A stretch of 63,994 nucleotides of DNA, filler included, from Sphacelaria rigidula (lineage: Eukaryota), in assembly GCA_964200075.2 (NCBI GenBank). It is 4 parts of 4 records of this genome, joined end to end, with 100 filler letters (N's around TTAATTAATTAA, not from the genome) between each part and the next. Parts side by side here need not be neighbours in the genome. Positions count along the whole stretch, not along the records: positions 1 to 16,012 come from CAXNAA020001519.1; positions 16,113 to 32,122 come from CAXNAA020001520.1; 2 more parts are not named here. One strand, 5' to 3'. Position numbers and translations under genes: made by a program. Every line of letters starts with the position of its first letter. The stretch's first letter is position 1. Of this stretch, positions 12,069 to 22,000 are shown piece after piece. The notes beneath the pieces were generated by a model. It was not told the origin of the DNA. It did not search any database and was given only the letters and a program-made list of their open reading frames with translations.

Positions 12069-12548
12069 TAATCGACCGCTCTGCCGCGAGGTAAGCGTAT
12101 ACACAACTCAAGTGCGTGAACAGCGGTCAGCATCTTGGCTCAGGTAAATAGCAGTATTCTCAAACGCGTTTGTTTATTTCATTTCACCCTGTTTACTCTC
12201 ACAGACTCCACTCAACTTCAGTCAGTCACACGATAACACACGCTCAATATCCCTCACTCAATACCGCACACACACAGTCACCACATACACTCATGTTGAC
12301 CCCCAGAGAAAGACAGGCAGTTGGCACCCGAACCAAGATGGACCAAGATGGACTGAGCGACGTGGGCGATGTACAACCCGGTTGCCCGTATTGCACACGT
12401 GATTGTACTCGCATAACCTACGCCATTGTACATCATTCCTCTGATTGGTTACCTAATCCTCCGCACTTGCAACATGGTGCATGCTACTTGTACCGCGCTG
12501 CATCCTACATCACCCTTGTTCATGGCAGAGCGTGAGCACAGTCAATTA
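12069..12548 (-). repeat. 5' LTR of the copia-type element
   Basis: Collinear with 3384-3863; followed on the plus strand by TSD ATATC. Confidence 0.95.
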
Positions 12549-15500
12549 ATATCTGCCAGTATTCCCCAGTCAGCACCTGTCCCGGTAGATTCTGCTGTGG
12601 TGGGGACCTCAGCCACTGTCGTCCTAGATACTTCCCGCACAACGGAAAAATCTCCGTCTGTGCGCCCCCCCGAGAAAGTAAAGGACAAGGCCAGAGCTCA
12701 ATCCCAACGCAGTCGCCCCTTAGCTATTCCAGCACACATATGGGAAACATTCACCCACGTAAAACAAGCAGCGTATTGGAACGATCTACTCGCACAGACC
12801 AACCAGTCGCAGACGGAGCGCAAAAAATGTGACGCCATAGAACGCGCCCAAAACCTGACGCGCGTTCGCCGTGAAGCAGACGCAAAACGTAAGGCACTAG
12901 CGGGTGACTAAAGCCAGGAGGCTTGCCTCCTTCATCAATCAGCGAAGAGCCTCCGTGAAGCAGAACTGCACTATCAGCAAGCACTCCAGCATCATAATTC
13001 CACGACCGGACAACTCACCGTACGAATTTCAATGTCACAACCAACCCTTAAAGAGCAGTTACGCCAGCTACGCCTACTCACTCACGGTTCAGTGGAGACT
13101 AGTGATGAATCTGAACCTTCATCCACTTTTCCCACCCCGTCTACACCCGCTCCTCCTACGGTACCTACGGTAGTCACGGGCCTTCCCCGATCCCGTTGCT
13201 GACAACTGCGACGGGATGTACGACTTTGTCCGGGGTACAACCCAAATACAACCGTAACTAGCCCCCCCTTCCCGCCCCCCCCTACAACGCCCCCCCCCCA
13301 ACCACGGACCCCGACATACCCAACGGCGGCTAGCAAATCGACTTCTGTACACACACAGCCCCTAATATCGTTCCCAAGGGTTCTCGCCCTGCCACATTGG
13401 ATCTTTCCGGTGTGGAGACCTTGGCGGCTGTCCCTCTATACGACTTCATTAATGATCCCCCCAACCTTTTGATGTATGCGTGTTACGCACGAAAACTCAC
13501 TGTCCCCGTGACTGAGAAAGCTAGCGGTCTTTTCACATGGTTCCCTCACCACCGCAAAACCGCCACGCTCGCAGGGGAAGTGCAAACTGTTAGATACCAA
13601 CCTCTCTCCGACACACGTCGCGAAATCCTTGACGATTACGTACAGCCTTTCATCGGACTGTTTACCACGATTGAACAAACTAGCACAACTTTCTATGAAC
13701 ACGGCCAATTCATGTCAGCACAACAGCTGTAACACACTGGTGGTACAAACCGCCTTTGCGATGGTGGAGCTCCGCCTCTCGGTTACACATTCCGTGATCC
13801 CCAGACAAGTAGTACGGAGACTAAGTCGTCGGAGGGTGTCGATGGATGGCACACCCGAGGACAGAAAAAACTCATAATTAAGGTATGTGATGTGGTCGCG
13901 GGGACAAACTAACCGCGATGGCGACCGTTCTTCAACTTCTGTTCGCAAAGTGGCCCTCAACTACCCGCCGGTGTCCCTCCAGTCTGACAGTGGGTCGGCC
14001 AGTACCGAGGGTTCGTCTGGGGACACGCGTATCCCTCCCTGCCGTTCTGCGCCGCCTACTTTGGCAGAGTTTCTCTCTCTTTCTTCTACTGTCGCCAAAC
14101 AGCGACACGCTGCTATCAAAATAAAAAATGACAGATACCACCAAGAACACCACCGAACGTGTACAGTTTGCTTCCTCTGACACCTCTCCACCACCTAGCA
14201 GCCCTCCCCGCCCCTCCCGCCCTGTAGTCCGTCAAGCGTGCGTCGTGCATATCTAAATTTGGATCCCAAATTCGTGGTTAAGGTTAAGCTTTCTCTTTCG
14301 TTCCCAGCGGGATCAGATGTAGGCCTGTCATGCAGTCAACTACGGCAATCCTTGACAACTGTGGTGAGTGATATCTTTTCAATCTGTGGTGAGCAATTCG
14401 TCGACCTGAAGTCTAGTATGTGGGTCGATGGATGGTTTCGTCCGCTACACCGAGCGCTCGAGGGTGCCCTCGACGTTAGCTCCCCGCAGGCTACGAAGTT
14501 GTCCGCCATGTTCGACACTCACTTCGACCAAGTCGCACGTACCCTGACGCCCGCGACAAGCGGATACGACGCTTTCACATTGCTACTCAGATTGATCAGT
14601 CCCTCATTCGATCCCAGCTATGAAGGTGGATCAATCGAACGCCCTCTTACGTTCAAGGTACCGGTGAATACACCATTCTACCACCACCTGAAGGATTTTC
14701 GTTGGTCGATTTCTGTCACGGTTGACGGTGGGCGTGAGCTAGCCCCTACACAGGAGATGGTAATGAGTATTTTCCGTTCCAGTATGGGACGGCAGTATCC
14801 TAGCCTAATGCCGAATGTGTTTGTGGGCGACTCGGCAACTGCTTCGGTTTCGTTCCCCGACCTCGATAGTATGGGACGACAATTAAATGGATTGCGGTCA
14901 AACCGGACCCCGGCAATGAAGCCGATAGATGCAAAACAAGTTGGCACCCCTGCTAGGGGCAGCGATGCCCATGCTTCCGTTACCCTCCCGCCATTTTCGG
15001 TGGCCACACCTAGCGCGTCACGATCGCCGTCTACTCGCTCTAAGGCGAGTCAGCCCGCGTGGATTCCTAGGTCCATGGTTGCAACTGCTCAGATCATGTT
15101 CACAGCCCCTGTACAACCTGACGCGTTTGCCAGTCGATTCCCAAGTTGGCCCTTCGCGGCAGCAACATGGCTTGAGGTCTTCCATGTTGAAATTTCCATG
15201 AATAACTCAGATCCTCCCCTCTGGGCTGATGATGTAGATCCTAACCTCAGGACTGAATTAATTCGCCGTCCGCTGCCTAAACTGTGGTATTTGGTTCGAC
15301 GAATAGACAGGGTACTCTACAGACGGCCGCGTCTCCATTCACTCGCTACACAACTGTGAGAAACCTTTCACGAACGTTTTTGGTGTACTTAACCCGATGT
15401 TCCTTGACCCACAATATGCACACTATTAGCGGACTTGGCAAGCGCGTATGCGTTCTTACCGCCGCCCCCAATCTGGCGACGCCCGCAATTCACACCAACG

Positions 15501-16012
15501 TTCACGGCACGGAAATCGCCACTATGGTAACGAACCTCGCGCCCCCAATACCCAGTACCAACAACCCTGCTATCAGACCCAGTCCACCGACGCTGCCCGC
15601 CCGCGCCTTCCCCCCCTCCTCCTGGTGCGTTCCATCCGCAAACTCAGAATCAGTCACAAGGTGCTCGCCAACCGTTCACAACGGGAACTGCCGCACCGGC
15701 TGAACCCCGCCAGGAAGAGAACCATTCCTCCACTGATGCTGAACGCACCACCTGACGCTGTTTTGGAAATTTACGAAACCCCGCATTTCCGAATAGCATA
15801 CAGTGAGGTAACCCCTAGTGTGTGACTGCTCCTGTAATTGAGCTGTCGCCCTCAAAACGTTATGATTACACTTTGCGTTCCTTCACCATTGTCTGCCACA
15901 AGCCCACATCAGGGAACCAACGATTGACGGCACAACGCCGACACTTTCTACGATAGCCCCCCCCCAAAACGTGCATGGTTTGGGGATGCAAAATCTTCAC
16001 GTAAATCGAAAT

Positions 16013-16112
16013 NNNNNNNNNNNNNNNNNNNNNNNNNNNNNNNNNNNNNNNNNNNNTTAATTAATTAANNNNNNNNNNNNNNNNNNNNNNNNNNNNNNNN
16101 NNNNNNNNNNNN
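16013..16112. other. Artificial 100-nt contig linker (N44-TTAATTAATTAA-N44)
   Basis: N run with a central spacer giving stops in all frames; identical to the other two linkers. Confidence 0.97.
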
Positions 16113-16612
16113 GGTTCTTTTTATTCCCACCCCACCCGCTGCGCGTGGGTCCTTTACCTTATAATTTTTGTAACCTACTCCCCCCCCCCCCCCCCCCCTC
16201 CCCCCGATACATCCCCTCTTTCGCACGGCCCGTATTTTCGTGGGGGAAAAGTGTGTTTTCCTTCGTCTTGACAGCTTGAGTCACCCGAAAACCCGACCGA
16301 CTGGTTCTGGTCCCGTCGTAGACTTCACTTTGCCTTGTTGGGCAAATACCACGCTTGTGCATTTTTTGCCTTCGTTCCACAGCCGGCATCACAAGGCTGA
16401 GTAAGGATGGCGGCCGACAAACCCACCTAGTAATGGAAAAAACGGTACGCCCCGTCATCACGCAGGAAGCGCCATGAAAGGTGCTACCTCCATCCTTCGA
16501 CCTTGATGATCCCATACGGTTCACTAGTTGTCCGCCTGCAACGAAGGCGAACGGTGTAGCGAAGTCCATTTTGTCGTCCGGACAGCAAATGATGCTTGGC
16601 AGCTTCGCCGTA

Positions 16613-16810
16613 TTGTGCAACTTCCATCTGGGATATCTGGAATGGATGTACATATCCCCGATGGACGCCCATATCGCAACTGGATATCCCACACGAACGT
16701 CCATATCCAGAGGGATATCCACGTCCCATATGGACATTCCCGATGGACGTGTCTATATCCCAGAGGAATATCCACATCACAGACGGATATCCCAGATGGA
16801 GGTTGCACGG
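16613..16810. mobile_element. 198-bp TA-flanked MITE (Tc1/mariner, Stowaway-like) built from GGATATCC/ATGGAC motifs
   Basis: TA|TTGTGCAACTTCCATCTGGGATATC ... GATATCCCAGATGGAGGTTGCACGG|TA. A related fragment lies at about 28108-28232. Confidence 0.75.
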
Positions 16811-17907
16811 TAAGGCACAAGATGATATGATCTTCGGGGAGAGCAGTGTCGGCGACACCACAACACGCTACACTGATGAAGGCAATGTTATTCTGACGGC
16901 CGTCAAGATGTCCTACGGTACAAGACGGTACAAGACGGCACTGAGCGAGTGAACGATCGCACTGGTACGCCTGTAGTGGACACCAAACCGTGGTGTCGAA
17001 CAGTGTCACATATACTGTACGTGGCACGACGAAACGCTACGACTCCGGTAATATGCTATCTGTAGTAGAAATGAAACGACTCGCGATCCACCACAGTTGC
17101 CACGGCATGCCCGAGGGTCAAGAGCGCCCGCTGGAGACCCATGACCGCGAATATAGCTGTGTTGATGCGCAGGATTGACTCCAGTTCGAGGTCGGGAAAC
17201 GTTCCCCTGCGCACATGAAACAACCGACAGCATTGTTCGCAGAATCTATGAAACCCAGTGAAACGATATCTAGGAAACACATTCTCCGACATATGGTTGA
17301 CATGTTTACAATGGAACGCCGTGCGCAGAAAAATCAGCGGCTCACTGCCGGACGCATTCATTTTCATTAGAGAACAGCCGTTAGAGAACAGCCGGTGCAA
17401 CTCAGCGACCTGCATGCTTTGGATATCCTCCCATTCTGCACTATTGATGCACTCCCTGTATTCTACAAGTAATGACACATTCGTGTTAACAGGATTACCT
17501 CTTTTTTGCAGGTCCTTCTGGGCCATTATCATCTAGTTTCTACCGCCGGCCTAAATGACGGACTATACAACTGATGCAACCCGGAAGAGTATCGAAGTAC
17601 CTTCTCGTGGGAACAATATGTTGTGTCTAGTTCGTCCATCCAAAAGCATGCGGCAACGTCACAGCTGTCTCTTCAGAATCGTCCAACCAACGAAATTATG
17701 TATTTTTCTTGACTTGCTCGCCATTAATATTCGGTGGAACTCAATACCTCGGCCGGATGGAACCGTATTGAATGATCAAGCACCACTTATTGTTCCCACT
17801 AGTAAGGATTTCAATCTATGTTCAGGGTGCGCTGACTAAAAACTCCAGCGTTCAAGTCAAGTATGCAGAAAAGTAGGATTTATGATCCAGAACCTGACGA
17901 AAAGGTA

Positions 17908-19884
17908 CACGCGTCAGACAACCCATGGGTCAACTCAATTATGTGGTATTGCTCATCCAGTGGAAGTAGGTGACGCTGAGTCATGCCGTATATCCCATCC
18001 AGTTGGAAATGGTACCGGTGAACTACACCGTGCAGCTTATCTAGTGGGCTAAGGTTACCCTGAGTTATGCCACATGTCCATCCAGTTGGGAAAGGTGCCG
18101 CTGAGTTATACCGTATAAGTCATGCAGTGGAAATGCGTACCACTGAGTGAAACCATTGATGTCAGCTAGTAGGAGAAGGTGCCGCGAAGTTACGCCGTAT
18201 GACTCAGCGAATGAAAATAGGCAAAAACCACGTACTCAGATATATTCTACACCTCATCCACAAGCTAACCTTATGACGTGAGTTCGTACCCTACTCAAGG
18301 GGAAGCATGAAGATCACAAAGGTCAATACTAGCCAAATAGTGCGAGTGCAAGCATGTGACATATCTGCCCGCACACGAGTGAATAAACCCGCTCTCTCTG
18401 TACCCAGGAGTAGATGTAGGTGGAACATGAAATTTCAATAACGCTGACTTGTACCGGATGACCTCAGTCAGTGGGAAAGACCCGCTGATGTATACCATAT
18501 CATTCAGGCAGTGAAAATAGGTCAAGGTGAGTCGTGCCATAGAGCGTAGCCAGTGGAAATGGTACCGCTGAGTTATACCGTGTAACTCAGCCCGTGGAAA
18601 TAGATCCCGCCGAGTATTACGAAAATGATTTGACTCGAGTCAAGCTGAGTTGAGTTGTCCGACGTGTGAAAGGTTACACACGCCGGACAACTCAACTCAG
18701 CTTGACTCGAGTTGACTATTTTCCCCCAAAATCACTTGCGGGTTATAGTAACATTACCTAGTGTTGCGTATTTTGGTCGGGTGAGTTACAGAAGATAACT
18801 CAGCGGTGCACCTTCTGGCTGGGTGAGTTATAGAAGATAGCTCAGCGGTGCACATTCTGGTCGGGTGAGTCATAGAAGATAGCTCAGCGGTGCATATTCT
18901 GGTCAGGAGGGTTATATAGGAGATAACTCAGCGGTGCACATTCTGGCCGGGTGAGCTATAGAAGATATAACAGCGGTATATAATCTGGTCAAGTGAGACA
19001 TGATAAATCATATCTCATATCTGAGAACGTAACTCCCGCGTTGTGAGTTCTGTACACAGATGAGATATTTGCCGCTCATATTACGATCCTGTATTATGTA
19101 CTCCGTATATGTTCTCATATTACACCTGCGGCAGTGTTGATTTAATATGCGAATCTACCCGAGGTTTCTCACACTACTATATGTACAGGCAGGCGTGTCA
19201 CGTAATTACGTTTTTCAGCCTACAAAATTCGACTTCACGGTCGATGAGGGAAAGAGACTGCTGAACCCCTCTCGCGATAAACAATAAGGCAAACACCGCA
19301 GAAGGAAGGTAGAGTACTAGAACAAACAAGAAAAAGAACTCCTGTGTTAGATTTCTCTTGTGTGACCCCGACTATGATGCGTCCACAAATACCGAAGTGT
19401 GTAGAGTAGCGTTCAGAATAGATGCGATGACAACACACACACAACACACACAAGGGGTTAGTGTTGACCGCTGTGTTCCGCATGTTTCCGGTCAGGTGAG
19501 TTGCACAGCATAACTCATTTCCCGATAACTCAGCTGTGAGTATGCAACATATCGTAGCGGCGTAGCTTTCGATCTTGCGGGTTACACAGCATAGGTAAGC
19601 GGTGCACGTTCTGACCAGGTGAGGTACAGAAGATAATTCAATAATGCATATTCTGGCCGGTGAGTCATAGGAGATACCTAAGCGGTGAATATTCTGGCCG
19701 GTGAGTCATAAAAAATAACTCAGCGGTGCACGCTCGCGCCGAATGACTTATAGGAGATAACTCAGCGGTGCATACACTTTGGCCGGGTGAGGCATAGGAG
19801 ATGACTGAGCGGTGCAGATGTTGACCGGGTGAGTTACACAGCATGACTGATTAAACTCCTGAGTTGTCCGGCGTGTGAAAGGTC
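17908..19884. mobile_element. Two inverted (head-to-head) copies of a Harbinger-like non-autonomous element filled with ~40-bp tandem units
   Basis: Termini ...GAGTTGTCCGRCGTGTGAAAGG at about 18673 and 19882, and CACACGCCGGACAACTC at 18677 (degenerate copy at 17908). Left units (GTGGAAATGGTACCGCTGAGTTATACCGTGTAACTCAGCC) are approximate reverse complements of right units (GGGTGAGTTATAGAAGATAACTCAGCGGTGCACATTCTGG). Confidence 0.7.
19220..19452 (+). mobile_element. Dispersed retroposon 3' end (LINE/SINE-like) with (CA)n tail; other copies on the minus strand at about 42718-42890 and 50888-51105
   Basis: Shared sequence ...TTCGACTTCACGGTCGAYGAG...CCGCAGAAGGAAGG...TGTGTGACCCCG...GATGACAACACACACAC occurs at three places in the window. 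Confidence 0.7.
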
Positions 19885-19929
19885 ATGATCTGGTTTACAC
19901 GATATGCCAAGTCTGCCGTTCAGTCTCAC

Positions 19930-21483
19930 CTCTTCCTCGGCATTACCTCCGGTTTCAAAAACGTACTCCTGCGCGTGGGATGTTTTGGCATACTTCGCGC
20001 TAAAAAGCAATCCTTCAAAGGATCGAGTGAATATTTCCGTTCTAAAATGATCCCGAAAGGATGAAACACAGAAAAGGGCATGTTACTCATATTTTTCAGG
20101 GAGGGATACGTGACACACGTGACACATTTGAAAAAACTGGGAAAAACGTAACTTTGGGCCGTTTAACGCTACGTAAGGTTTGATGTTTTGGATGGGACAA
20201 ATGCAACGTAACGTGATATAACATGTGGACCTTGAAGCAGTGTCTCTTGCTGTTGTCCGGATGTAAAAAAACGTTGTTTTTGTTATTTTTTAACGTGACA
20301 CGTGACACGTGACATATTCACGAAAACAAGCAGACTTTTCGTCACATTTGGAAAGTACGACGCAATGTTATGGTTCATGCGAAGGACCACACGCTACATC
20401 ACGTTACGTTACATATGTCCCATCCAAAAAATCAAATCTTCCGTAGCGTTAAAACGTCATGTGTCACGTATCCCTCCCTGATATTTTTGGATGATCGTAT
20501 TCCAGCGTGGAAATGCACACACAACTTTAACAACTCGACCGACACTACTCTCCATCAAATCTCCGCATCGACGGCAAACGGAAATGATCGTCCGCCTACT
20601 CCCACACCGCACGCGTACACACCCTAACCACCGAGGCAAGCCCCAATTGCCCAGCGTCCTCGCCGCAATGCACATCGCTTCGGGAAAAAACATCTTGTGA
20701 ACTTACTGAGGGAGGTCCTGCCGCAATTGCGCTGCGTTACGCGTTGGCCTGTCCTCTGGGTCGCGAGAGGCTCCCAATAGGTGCAGGGTTTGAATTGGCA
20801 AGGGCGTTTGGAGATCGAGAGAGATACCCCATTGTGGGCCCGGGGGTACACTTGCCTGGAATCATAACCACAATCTACAACGGCCGCCCGGGAGGCGGCA
20901 TTCCCACAAACTGCTATTTGACGTGGGCCTGCAACACTCCAGGGTATCTCTCTCTCACTCCAAAAGAGTCTACCAATTCAGACCCCACACCTATTTGAAG
21001 CATCTCGCGAGCCGGAGGACGGATCAGCGCATGAAGCAGCGCGAGTGCGGTGAGATTTTCCTCGGTCAGTTCGCAATCCTTTGCCCGGAGCGGTGTGCTT
21101 TCTCACGAGGACGCCGGGTTGTTCAAGGGAGTTGGAGGTTGTACGTGCGCGGCATGCGAGTAGGCAGGTGCTGACTTCTTTCTGCCACCGATGTGGAGAA
21201 TTGTTGGAAAGTTGTATCGGCGGGGTTGTTAGAGACGTGTATGTGTCTCCACACTGCATCATGATTATCCAAGCGTGTGAAGAAAACGCCACATCGTGTG
21301 TTTCATTCTTTCGGGACTATTCAAGGAAGTCATTTATCGCAGAGTACTTCGACACGTTTTTTTTTGTCGAATATTCGACGGAATCCAACACAAATCTTTG
21401 TTGTGAAATCGGAGGTGATCCCAAAGACGTAAATCTTGATGACACAAAAAACTTACGGGAGGGAGGATATTCTCCGAGGAGTG
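19930..21483. mobile_element. Old long-TIR foldback element (Mutator-like), arms about 0.5 kb, interrupted by a hAT MITE
   Basis: 20485-20850 is a diverged reverse complement of 20920-21272. Pairing continues across the hAT insert: TCCCGAAAGGATGAAACACA at about 20051 versus TGTGTTTCATTCTTTCGGGA at about 21297. Outer ends are approximate. Confidence 0.65.
20097..20480. mobile_element. 384-bp hAT-type MITE
   Basis: TIR CAGGGAGGGATACGTGACAC / GTGTCACGTATCCCTCCCTG. Perfect 8-bp TSD ATATTTTT at 20089-20096 and 20481-20488. Confidence 0.92.
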
Positions 21484-22000
21484 CACGTTGATGCTTATCA
21501 CGTGTGGCCGATGTGGACTAGAAAGAATGACCGCGTACGCGATTGCGTTCAAAACTCGGGACGCAGCATACGTGGATGAATGGTCAATGATGCATGAATC
21601 TGAGCATGCTACTAGCCGGTGCCCGTATGCGTCGCGATCTAGCGTTTTGTTTTCACCAATAAAGAGCACTCCATGTATAAACAATCAATGCACGGTTCGA
21701 ACGAATCATCGCCGGTTCGACTCACAAAATCTACGAATCTTCAGGCCTGATTGCTCGAAAGACAGAAAAAATTGTCCGCTGGTCAAAAAGGTCTCCACGC
21801 ATTGTTTGCGCCATTGCACATCCTTGGGTCGCGCGTACCTGGGTTGCAACGCTGAAAACAAAGCTCCGGGATTGATTCGTACGGTACGATTCAATCACAC
21901 AAAAGTAAAGTAAATATCAGATGAATCATTAATTTCTCCGACCCTCGAACAATTGTGTGTCAACCCGTCGAATCAATCAATCAATCAGTCAATGGCACAC

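Larger units (their letters stand above)
3384..12548 (-). mobile_element. Ty1/copia-type LTR retrotransposon, non-autonomous or defective, 9165 bp including nested inserts
   Basis: Two 480-bp direct repeats (3384-3863, 12069-12548). Perfect 5-bp TSD ATATC at 3379-3383 and 12549-12553. PPT-like GAACAGGGGGGC on the minus strand abuts the 3' LTR. Copia-type gag and protease remnants lie inside. Confidence 0.93.
3079..15825 (+). pseudogene. Degenerate gag-like ORF1 of a retroelement (possibly tyrosine-recombinase DIRS/Ngaro type), split by the LTR element at 3384-12548; coding remnants 3079-3383 and 12549-15825
   Basis: Removing 3384-12548 and one TSD copy rejoins ...TTSSGDHIS|ASIPQSAPVPVDS... 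in frame. Downstream fragments (13397-13732, 14238-15359) lead to a broken Zn-knuckle-like motif: CLNCG at 15274, then HSL, then CEKPFTNVFGVLNP..WQARMRSYRR. There are multiple stops and frameshifts. The family call rests on remembered resemblance to brown-algal YR-retrotransposon ORF1; no RT or YR domain is seen. Confidence 0.5.

Noticed and set aside
16057-16068. TTAATTAATTAA motif repeated three times in the window
   Set aside because: It is always centred in an exactly 100-nt N run, so it is an assembly or concatenation linker rather than biology.
17056-17532. 158-aa minus-strand ORF (VEYRECINSAEWEDIQSMQVAELHRLF)
   Set aside because: No recognisable homology or linked exons, so it cannot be supported.
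17950-19850. ~40-bp periodic palindromic repeats resembling a CRISPR array
   Set aside because: Units are contiguous and degenerate with no unique spacers. There are no cas genes, the context is eukaryotic, and the array is bounded by transposon-like TIRs.
21334-21640. Possible terminal exon of the FUSC-like gene (RDAYGHRLVACSDSCIIDHSSTYAASRVLNAIAYAVI)
   Set aside because: Out of phase with the best donor at 22001; it needs a weaker alternative donor and runs into a foldback repeat.
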